From assembly GCA_030141605.1 (NCBI GenBank), contig JAQGDQ010000053.1, forward strand, positions 186,001 through 250,000: a stretch of 64,000 bases of DNA, in the 5' to 3' direction. The DNA comes from Tubiluchus corallicola (lineage: Eukaryota > Animalia > Priapulida). Shown here piece after piece: positions 13,118 through 25,200 of this stretch. Within the stretch, counting starts at the first letter, position 1. Each line of letters opens with the position of its first letter. A program made the position numbers and the translations under genes. The notes below the pieces were generated by a model. It saw only the letters and a program-made list of their open reading frames with translations. It did no database searches and had not been told where the DNA came from.

Positions 13118-13123
13118 TTTATT
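13118..13123 (-). terminator. Candidate DNA2 polyadenylation signal
   Basis: AATAAA on the minus strand ~115 nt after the DNA2 stop codon; the DNA is AT-rich so this is weak evidence. Confidence 0.35.
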
Positions 13124-13237
13124 TACATAATTGTTACGGATCATAATCAATTGTTAAAACAGTCATGCTACACAAAGATACAAGCAAGTAAGCTCACACA
13201 TAAACATAAATCGTAACTCAATTAGAAAACTAACCCG

Positions 13238-16200
13238 TTATAAAGATATCAAATCGTCACAGCAAGATTTTGGTAATTCAATTATCTGGTTACTATGAAG
13301 GTTAAATATCAAAGTTGCAAGTGGTTTATAGTTTAGCAATGCATGATGGTTTCCAATAAATACTAGCTTATGCTTAGCTCTTGTTACAGCCACATTTAGT
13401 CGCCTTTTATCAGCTAGAATACCAGTACTCTCCTATGAAATAAAAAAATCACCATTTTAACCAGATTAATTATTAATAAAGAAACAGGTATAAAGTTAAA
13501 TCTACTTGATTGAACAAATACATGAATGAACATCAAACATTAGTAATTTATAAATAAAAATAGTAACAATTTTTAGATCCAGAGCTCCTGTGATATAAGC
13601 AAGATATTTAAACACATATGTGACAAACCGTTTACGGTATTTTTTGTTTGTTTGTCACCTCTTTCATCGCACAATCAATTTTGGTGATAGCTGTAGTGAT
13701 TGTCATATTATTACCCTAATATAGCGTAGGGGTCCTATTAACATCAACCCATTTACCGAAAATTTTCAACACAATAAGAACTTTACATTGGTGAATTTAT
13801 CTGCTTTTCCTCATCTACCTTTGCAGCACCTACATGCATTATCACCTACTTTTTTCAGTATCTACACGATAACACATAACTGATCATCTACTTTGATTAA
13901 CATCTATCTTATCTACTTTGGTAAAGGAAATTTAAATCTTTCTCATAATTCATGTGTGCCCAGATTGAGGCCTTGTCTTGAACGATTGATATTAGGAAAA
14001 GTAGGCTGCCGATTGTAAGTGACCAATTCTTTCTAAAAACAATTACACATCTTGCTAAAACTTACGCTACGCCTTATTTACCAGTAGGGGTGAGCATCGA
14101 TCGTTTGACTTCGAATGAGTTTTTAGTTCAAATGTAACTAATCTACTTAATCATCTCAATCATTGTGCATAATTAATCTGTTTGGCGTATGCATACCGAT
14201 AATTCAGAAGCAGATGTTCGCACAAAAGACACTATAATGATGCTTTTGTCTCGACCTTGATACTGATCAACTGTATTTACTTCTACTCCATACTCTCCCA
14301 GTTTCATTGAAATGAGAGCTACTTGATTCCTGTACGGTGCTATTACTCCGATGTCAGTGTTTTTTATTCCGGCCTGCAATGAAAATTAACATTTTTAACA
14401 AGGTACCATTTCCACAATAAATCCTTCAACATTCGTAATCTGCTCTATAGTAGAAGTTTAACTGTAGAAACTAATAGAGAGTCTAGGGACAAGGTAGATT
14501 AGATCAAGACAAATAATCGTATTATTTATTATTGCACACATCCCTCGACTATTTTCACTGCAATGCATTCAGGGTGTATAAGACATTGGACAGTAACTGA
14601 ATAACATAAAAGGCTATGTATTATTACAACAGCAAAAACGTTGCATAAGTTTACATGTCTTCATTGAATAACTTTGAAAATACACATACCTTGAGAAATA
14701 CTTGAACGATGTAAACTACAAGAGCAGCTTCAGTTTCATTTTTTACATGGCCACTGGAATCAAATGTCTGACAGGCAGAAACCTAAAAGAGATAAAATGC
14801 AAACACTATCATAAAAAGTATGTAGAGTGCACTGATGTACACACTTTAAGGAAGGCTAAATCACTCTTACATACATGACATACATGACAGATTAAATGGC
14901 AACATTCCACCAAGTCAAGCTGCATATAGGGAGGGACGTAGCACTACTGAACTAGTAATGCCAGCAAAAATACTAGCAGAAAAAGCAGTTACATCCAGTT
15001 CTTATCAAATCACAATTTTGTTACTTGATATGAGCAAGGCGTTTGATACTGTACAGAGAGGAATTCTGTTCGATGACCTACAAACTGTACTACAACCAGA
15101 TGAACTGCACAATTCTACTAAAGGATGTTAAACTTACTGTAAAAGTTGGGAACACCTTAGGAAGAACTTTTAGCACGCATATTGGGCTCCCCCGGGGGAC
15201 TGTCTTAGTCCAATACTTTTCACGCTCTACCTAGCAAATGCACTTAAGATCCACACTCCTCCAAATGATGATCATGATTACGTTACCACTGTCTGTGATA
15301 ACCTTCCTCAACATATTCTGGATCACTCCTATCCTGCTTTGGAATCCTATGAACCATTCGTTATTGATCAACAATACGCAGATGATATTGGATGGATTAG
15401 TGTATCAAATTTCCAAACTAACACAATAAAAAGGGATTTTCCAAAAAAACTAGAGAAAAAAATCTTCAAGCAAACCAGTCAAAAACTGAAGAATATATTA
15501 TTGCAAGAGATGGTCTTGGAAAAAGTGCAAGTGCATGGGAACTTTTCTAAGCACCGAAGATGACATTAAAAACAGAAAGCAAAAAGCAATGCATGCTTTT
15601 CTTCAGCACAAGAATGTATTAACTAGCAAGAAATTAAGTCTTAACATAAGACTTCGATTATTTAATGCTTACGTTACCAGCTTATTTATGTACAACAGTG
15701 AAACTTGGGGATTAACGATTACTCAAGAAAAGGAGATTGACACATTTCGTAGAAGTCTCCTTAGGAAACTTTTAAAGATAGATGGCCATACATAATCAAA
15801 AATGAAGATTTATACACCAGAAAAAAGGAGTTTCTTGGAGCTCAAAAGTCAAGACCTGCAGATTAAGATTGCTAGGACATCTTCTAAGATTACCAAATGA
15901 AGCACCAGTAAGAATCGCCTTACAAGAAGCCTTAAAACCTTGCAAAAAATCGCCTGGTAAACCTAAAACAACTTGGATAGCTAAGTTAAATAAAGATGTT
16001 CAACAACTTCAACCAAATCTATCTTTAGGAGTAGAAGAACTTATGCTGTTAGCTGCAGACAGAAAAGGGAGGAATACTCTGATCAATATTGATACCTCAA
16101 TACCTACAATAGGTGGAATGAGATTTTGAAGAACAAGAAAGCAAAATTCCTCTTATTTCACTAACTGTATTTACTCGTTTCAGTTAAGGGCCTGTTCGAA

Positions 16201-19200
16201 TAACTGCCCGAGAAAACAAAATGAGCAGATGCCTGGGCTGCCGACCAATGTACCGAAGAAAACATGTGTTTATTAAACATCGCAAGGTGCCTTCCTGTAG
16301 GAATCTACGTGATGAGTGAGTCATTAACAAGTGAAATGTACAAGCTACTGCACCACACGGTGCTGTCTCTAGTAGGCTTCCTAAGCATATGACATAATGC
16401 TGGTGGCGTGCATGGGAATGCACAGTACAACTACAGATAACCAGCAAACATTAGGAGTAAAAGGCTTACAAAGCGATAAACACCTGTCCTTAAATCAGTG
16501 CCTGTTTGAATAAATACACAGTAAATAGTTTTGTTGAAAAAATAGAAAAAATAAGGGCCTGGGTTCCAAAACAAATGAATGCAGTACATGTAAGAGTCAC
16601 AGAAAATAACTTTTAGCGACAAAAGTAGATTGATGATCACAAAAATACCACTTTTTTATAAATGTAGAGCTTACCTTTTCTGTATTCAAAAAAATGGTAG
16701 AATGTTCCAAAGAACTGCTAAGAATCTTTTCCAGCCAAGGAGTTTTCACATTGCACTGCAATTGAACTTGCAATGTAGCATCTGCTATGGTTTGTGATCC
16801 ACACTGCAAGACTCCACAATACGTCTGTGTATTAGCAAGACGCATGATCTCAGAATTCATTCGATATTGCATTACAAGTTCTACAGTTGCCACTGTGCTA
16901 TCTAGGTGAGCAAGCAAGCTTTCATCTATACCTAGTTTGCTGAAATAGTGATTTCATTCAAGTATAAAGATGAACAAGTTGAGAAACACGTACATAATAT
17001 GTGTGAATTCACAACGATATTTAAGTGGCCTCAGTACCTACCTATCTATTAAAAACATTGCCACTGTAATATATATACAATAAGTAATCACTTAACCACA
17101 TTTAACAGGGATGGCACTCAGTCATAAATTTCGTTTGCAGATGGGTTTGAATTAGCGATGATTTGAATTCGACTTACTTTACTTTAACAAACAAAATTCC
17201 ATCTTTTGTATAAGCATTTCTAAAAAACAGCTTATACTAAACTAAACTTGCTGTGCTATATGAATATATAAGATTAATAGCTACAAATACCTGCTGCTTC
17301 ACTTACATTTGTGCTATCAGAAAAACCAGAAAAGCCCCCTCTAAATGAAAATACATGGCTAGCGAAAAAAGAAAAGAAAATTCTGCATCTTAGTAACTAA
17401 ATTAAACATTTTGAATTGTTTGATAGGAGTGGGCATCAACAACGCTTGCAAACTTATAACTGATCTCATATAACTCAAAAGACAAATAATTGGCAGAAAT
17501 ACAAAAAAAGTAAAGTGAATGCAAAAAAGTGCTGCTCACATAACAGGTGTAATCATGCTATCCCTAGACAAATGACCAATCTCAATGTTTTAAACAAAAT
17601 TAAGCCATGTATTTGTGTAATACTCTGCAAACAAACGAGCTTCTTAGCTCCAGTAGAAAACTTACCACAAGTCAAGTGATGTTACTTCTAGCAAGAATGG
17701 TTGCATCACAACATTAAAAAACAGGTGAAATAACGAATTAACTAAGGAAGGTAAGGATTCACTTAAAGGAGTTTCACTGTATTTGTTGGAATGCATTAAC
17801 ATTATGAAGGGAAAACTTGCTATATTTAGTTAATAGCGAATTTAGTAAGTGGCTCAGTTGCTATTCAGCACACTTGTTTTCCTAAAGAAGTCAATTTTAA
17901 ATATTTTGTTCAGAAATCTTACAGAACATCTATTCTTATGATAGTTATGATATCATCTTATGATATTCTTATTATAGTTTAACACAAAAAAATCTACACA
18001 ATGATTTTTATACCGTGCTTCAGGGCTCTTAGTGATGGGTCCCAATTGTTTCGTATCTCCGACGAGTACAAATTTCTTAGCAAAGAATAGTGGACCCAAA
18101 CAAACTGGATGCAGTACTTGTGATGCTTCATCAACTATACAGTAATCAAATCGCCTGTGTTTAAACATGGGATGAACAGCACCAAGGCAAGTGGTAGCTA
18201 CTACTTGCTGAAATATAAATAAATTTATATAAACATATTTACCAACTTATCACAATTTGTCTGGTCAATCATTTAAAGTTTGTTTTACCAAAAAAAATAT
18301 TCGGGAATCTGTTAAATTACCTTTGTTAAGTATAACTCGGATAGCTGCTGAACAGTTTTACATGATTCTAACTGTTTTTCTGCACTATGTAGAATAATGT
18401 CTTTGTGAATTCTGCTCAGACGCCCCAATCGCAGAAAGTCAACTTTAGACTGAAATGCAAACAATTAGTTAGATGGCACAATTAAACAATATTTTCAACT
18501 GTTTGAAAGTGCAACATAATAAACCTAACAGATTGTCATGAAGCGGCAATTAATGTTACACTATACGTTAAATGAAGAAAATATTGGGGTATACGCATAC
18601 CTATATGAAAACTTATAAACCGAATTGCAATTTCAATAGGAGAGCTCATGCTTGGTAAATACGAAGATACTAATTATCGAAATGCACAACAGCATCTCTT
18701 ATGTGTCTTTTCACTTATGTATTTGAATGTAATCCTTATATGACGTATTTTAACGCATGATTTAACAATCTGAATAAATGTAATCGAAGTGTAAATATAA
18801 ATTTATCTTAACCTGTCATATAACATGTCATAGTACAATTATAGGTTACTAATCGTATGTACAAAATGAAAATCAATCACAAACCAAGTACGTAAGATCA
18901 TGTCAAATGTTCACACAAAAGCTCAGCTATTTTTATCTTTGAACTTTATAACACACAGAATCATATAAATTTAATTTTGTAAAGTGTACAAACTACACAT
19001 TAATAATCTGTGAGTATGTAAATAATCTACATATTCTATACTAAACAACAGAAATATCATTAAACATCAAAAGTTTCAGAAATATACCTGTTTAAGTTTC
19101 AGCAAAATATTATCTACAGCAGAATGAGTATAACTAGTCAGTAGTACGCTGAAACCAAGACGAACTAAACAACGTACTAGTGCAACAACTGTGAATGTTT

Positions 19201-22200
19201 TTCCTGCTCCTGGGTAGCCTTTTATCAACAAATAATCCTCAGCCATCAAAGCCTACAAAATTAGTTTTAAAAAACAAAAAAATCAATAATTCAATAAACT
19301 ATTGACCAGAGTGCAGAATACTTCCTAAATTTTAGTTTATCAAGTAAAGTTTTAGCTGGGTCGCAAGCTGCCACACACGCACGCAAGCACACTGATAAGA
19401 AAGCCAAAACTAGGATAAAATGGTGTTTAATATTACAAAATAGAATAGAACCCCAAAAGTTCTAATTAAAAAATTGGTAAAATATGGAAATAAGGATGTA
19501 AATGACATGAAAAATTATTTTGTGGTTTTCTTTCAATATATCAGTCATACATTCAAACAAAATTTAAGTCTGGTGATGTCGTTCACTGTTTTCCAGAGTC
19601 CTTACCGACATATCGCTAGCACATATAATCAAAGATAATGATTAATAGTACAGACAGATTTATTTCATCAAAGTAGCGAATTAATAGAGAACCTATCATG
19701 CCCTCACATGTATTGCACAGCCTGCACTTTTAAGGATATTATCGAGACAACTCGAAGAACTCAAGACACCAATACACCAACTCACAATCCTCCAACACAT
19801 CTTGCAAATGTCTCTCAAGCTTGTCTGTCGAATACTGATTAACGGTGTTTTTTAATATCTTAGAGTCCCGTCGCCTTCCAGGATAGATCGTGTTTGGCAG
19901 GGGTGAGATTTGCTGAATTTTCAGGCCATTCAATTTGATAAAAAAATTTAATCCCAGAGTTTGCTGGTCACCACACCAAATTCTAAGTGTCATTATTGCG
20001 TCTGAAATCAATATGCATGTCTTGTATGTAGCCAATCAGTCAACGCTAATAACATAATACTAAAAAAGATAAAAAATAATGCACACTGGACTCTCGCAAT
20101 ATATTCATTATGTTTAAATACATCTCTACCTGACTATTTGTGATACTGCAACAGCTGGTCAGTTGAGAAGAAAAAAGACCAGTCTAGTAGCCATTGCGAG
20201 GTGGACTCCCTCCAGTTGAATAACATTTCAAATTAACATTTCAACATTAACAAAACAATTTGTGAATCAGTTTTATGTCAAACTAAAAGTCCACAGAATG
20301 ATTCCAGTCAACAAGGAGCTATATTAGGGTGTACAAAAGCACAGAAGTCAGAAACAACATTTCTGGAGCATTGTTATTAGCTTTTGAGAAAACTTCTATC
20401 AAATTGATCATAGTATTTTAATGACACAAGTTAAAAATATAAATGTTCAAAATGTTTTTCTAAGTTGGTTGTTTTCATTTTATTTCAAACTAGAAATAAT
20501 TAATTAATGGGATTCCCTCGGGGTACAAAGATTGGACCTAATTCTTTATTACAATAATAAAATATTCACCGTTTTCCTCAGTTCTGAAAATATGTGCCTT
20601 AAATGCTATCTAAGACATGCTTTTCTATATAATTTTTTTGTTCACAGCACATTGTTTAGCGCATAATTCTCATCCTAACTCAGCATAAATTGGCTTACCT
20701 AAAATTTGGGCCAATCAGATGCTGAAAATCCTTAATTAAATGTGCTCCAGTAAAAATATGCTAAAAAGTCAAATGACTAAATGAAAGATTCTAGATATAA
20801 AACAAGCAGATCAATTACAATGAGGGCATCATGTGCACAATAATGGCAGTAGATTACCTTAAATACAGCTTTCTGTTGGTATTTGTTCAAACTCTTCATA
20901 ATGTGCTTACATTTCCGTATCACACTTTTGGAAAGAGTAGCTTGGAAGCGCGGCTCTCTCTTATCAATAATCAGCTCGCGCAATAGAGAACTAAAAAAAA
21001 GAATTGCATTACTTAGTGCGAATGGAGAGTACTTCTTTTCAAGTTTCATTTACAAGTTTTTTAGTTGCAAAGTTTCTATAACAGATAAAGATTTGCATTA
21101 ACACTGTAAGAAGCTTTTTTGTTGATTTTAAAAAGTAGCTTAGCTAAAATGATTTTTATGTATGCAAACACATTCTTACAAAGTCTGCTGAATTTGACCT
21201 TTACACTTTAAACTACCTCACAACAAGACAATAAGATTTTCTGTATAAAACCATTTAAATACTTAGTAGCCTATAAAATGATCATAAGATTTCATAGGCA
21301 TTATAAATTAACAGAATTCATGTCCTAGTATGCAGCAACTACATATAATGTGGATTATATACAACACAAAAACAAGCAAAATGATAATTACCTGTTGCTT
21401 TCTGCAATCATTAACTGGAAAATGTTAGAAAAATTGCTAACCATGGCACTGTATGTATCACAGCGATCGATTCGAAATACCCACTTTGTCCATTCTTGCT
21501 CAGCTGGTAAACTCCTAGAAGAACAACAAACTGAAACAATTAGTAGGTGGAGTGCAATGCAGTGCACAGTAAGGATTTTACATGACCACTTCACCAGTTA
21601 GAAAATTAATATGGCAATTTGGTGAGGCGACTAACTGAGTGGCCACACAATACTTAACCTGGTCAGTCAACTGATGGGTGACCACTTGCAAAATTGCTTC
21701 TTGGCAATTTCATCTCATAATGCCCAGTTACAGACTTCTCTTAAAGAAGGAGGGTGTAGGCCCAGAGTAATCCAAACATGGTAAAGACATATTTGCTGGT
21801 GGTAATTTTATCTTATAAGACTATCACTGATAACGAAATAAGCTCTGATCCCGGCCAAATCAGTTTTATTAACTAGGCCGGGCTGTTGTGTGCAGAACTA
21901 TATATAATTCTCATCTCGCAGTGCAGAGGTAACTTATAATTTTCTGTATGATCATTAACGTAGCATTTGTAAAGAGTCTTCACATCCATCTTTTATGACC
22001 TTAGTTGTAATATTGGCAACAATAATAGATGAAGAGATGTGATGGACCAGACTAGGTCCACCCCTTGGCTAAAGCGTGTTCTTGCACATTACAAGCAACC
22101 ACCTATGTACATTATACTATGCAATTTGTTCAATGATAAATGTTTTGTTCGATTGAGTAGGCCTAACTTAGTTTGATTTTGTATAAGGAAACTACCTGCA

Positions 22201-25200
22201 TTGTTTACTTTATTTTTTATTGCTGTTGTTGTGATAATGTACTAGGCACCCATGAACTATATCTGCCCCACAGGTAACCTAAATTTCAGTGTTATTCAGG
22301 TCATTTTGAAAGTGTGTTGGCTTCGGCCTTGTTTGAGTCCTGGTGGGGTATACTTCAGGATACCGTGTGCTAAAATCTGTAACAACCAGAGCATATCGGT
22401 TACCTGATTTCGTTCGTGGAAGTGGACCACCAAAGTCCATGCAAATCTTCTGAAATGGTAATTCGTTGACTGTAATAGGTTGCAACTTAGCACGATCGCT
22501 TGCTTTTCGTCTACTGCATTTTTGACAGACTGGGCAGCTGCGTACAAATCTTCGAATATCGCTATGAATATGTGGCCAGTAAAATTCACGCAAAATCTTC
22601 TCTGTTGTCTTCTGTATCCCAAAATGTGCAGCTAACTTGTTGTCATGAGCATGCTGAAGGACCTCAAGTCTACGTTTTTTGGGTAAGACAATCAAATCTT
22701 TACCATCAACGTCTTTTGCTCTTTTCAAATGTAGAAAGAGTAGGCTATCTCTGATAAAATATCCTTTACCCAGACTTTTAGCCTGTTTCTCCGATATCAC
22801 GTTGTCGTACAGGTGCTTTAAGGTAATGCAATTGTTTTGGTCCTGGATAAGTGCTTCTCGTGACTGGCCTTGGTGAGAATTATCCTCTTCTTGCTCATTC
22901 ACCAGGGCAGGAATCTCATGGTCTTCATCTTCCTGCCGCTCTATTTCCTCTCGTTCTAACTCTTCATTGAATTGCTTTGCTTGTGACCGAGTCATGACTT
23001 GCAGAGCTGGTGTTGAGAATGGATGGGACACTCCTTTCTGGTTAACCACCTGAGACTCACTCGAGTGTTCATCATCCTCTACATCTTTCTGCTCACCGTG
23101 ACGGTCTTCTATCTGCTGGGACTTTCCTGAACAATTTTTAAATCTGCTACTGTCTGTTCGAAAAGGTTGTTTCTTCCCAAACTTTTGGCCTCTATGAACG
23201 CTGTGTTTTGGACCAAGATTTTTAGAAGGCTGCAAAGTGGATTTAAAATTGTTACCAAGTAAGCACTCAGACGGAAGCTTGTTCTGGACTACAAACTCTA
23301 GCTCACCTTTAACAAGTTCGCACTCAATTGGCAGCCTTGCTACTCTACATGTACGACGGTCGCCATGCCCACATAGAATCTGTTCTGTACGATCAGGCAA
23401 AAATTGGTTTGCTCGTATGAATCTTCGATGTATGCAGTTCACATTTGCTGCAGTGTCACGTTGTACTATTACCTTGTGACCATTTACCATGGCTGGAAAA
23501 CAAAATGCTTCATCACTAGTCTGTGAAACATCAATGCAGTCTTTCTGCTTTGTCGACGCTAACTGGAGTTTGTTTCCTCGTTTTGCTTCTAGTGGTTTTG
23601 CCGTTTGCCTGGATGATGGACACCTACTGGCCATGTGTCCTAATCCACCACAATTGAAACATTTCCAAGAAGAAATCCTGGCTTCTTGGTTTGGAACTGG
23701 CTGCTTAGCTGTGGCACCTTTAGAGTCTCTGGGTGGAAATTTCTTGAATTTGCTATGTCCTCTGCTGTCCTGCTGAGGGTTAATTCCAAGTCTCCCCCTT
23801 CCGAGCACTCATACCTGTCACATTTCTCAGCTACTTCATCAAAATTGTTCCAGTTATTCCTCTTTACCCATTTGGCAATATCATTGGGTACTCCAGTTAG
23901 GGCTTGTTCCAAGTAGAACAATTCTTTCCCTTGTTCAAAAGTTTGGACATTAGCCGCTTCTAGCCACAAATCTCCAGCATTTCGCACTCTTGTAATATAA
24001 GCGCGATAACACTCATCTGGTTTTCTAGTCAGCTTACGGAAAGTCTGCCTGTAACTGTCTGGTGTAAGCGAAAAGAAGGACAAGACACGACTCTTTATCC
24101 TGTCATAATCTTGTAAGTCAGTTTGTGGGACACAGTTGTATGCCTGCAATGATCTAGCATTCCCTGCTAAAGCACGTGCGACCACACAAGGCCAGTCCGC
24201 TTTGGGGATACGATTGACTACCAGACATCTTTCTAAGTATCGAAAGTATTCCGCTAGATCTGGAGATTCAGCATCTTCACCAAAGTACTTTATACGCAGG
24301 TTTCTGTGGGCTGCAGCTGTATCACTCGTAGTTCCCACTTGCGGCGCTGGTGTTGATGTCCAGGGAGCTTGCATTCCAGCTTCTATTTTCCGTAACTCCA
24401 ACTCATATTCCTGTTTGTCTCGTTCTTGTTTGCGCTGGTGCTCCAATATGATTTGCAACTTGTTAGCATCAAAAGCTGCGTACATAGTAACATCAACCTT
24501 AGGCAATCCACCGACTTGTGTATTAATTGTTGGGCTAACTGGCTGAACAAAATCTGGTGGAGCTGGTGGGGGTCGACCTAAACCGAGGTCAAAATCATAT
24601 TCAGAAGGTAAGGGTGAGTGGGCAAGCTGAAGGGCTGGTTCCTCTTCATCATTAAGAGAATCATTGGCAGCTTCTTTGTCTGAATGTTCAGTATGAAGCC
24701 CTCCCCCTTGAGCTTGAAGTATTTTGTCTTCGTCTGGTACCTTGGGTTGACTGGGTTTAGTGTTGCAAACTTTTTGCCACCCCATTATGGCTGTAACCAG
24801 CTGTTCATGACTGCGTCTTTCCCACTTTATACCCCGTTCTCGGGCTATACCCTGTAACTGTTCTAATTCCAGTGACTGGAGTTGTAATTGTGTAAACTCC
24901 ACAAATTCCATTGTGCTTTACTACCCCCGTTTATGTTGTCTGTATTATTTGTACAAAATAATAAAGTGTAATACAATTCCGTGTGTATATGACTGTAAGT
25001 CACTCAAAAATATTTCCTGTAGAGAAGTAACTTCGTGTTTACTTGTTATCTGTTGTAGCAAATATTGTCCAGTAAAAACTTTACTAGCATAATTAATCAG
25101 GCATAGTGCAATAAAATTATTGAACCCCAAAAAATGCTGTGAAAAATAACTAAGGGTTTTACATACCGTGTCTGCCACAAAACTGCAAAATAATTACTAT

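Noticed and set aside
20505-20555. Tiny RT motif remnant ([10 protein letters not shown]-like)
   Set aside because: Too short to call an element with boundaries.
22330-22340. Simple autointegration junction
   Set aside because: Autointegration joins an LTR terminus (CA) to internal DNA; here an internal LTR position (~297) is joined to integrase.
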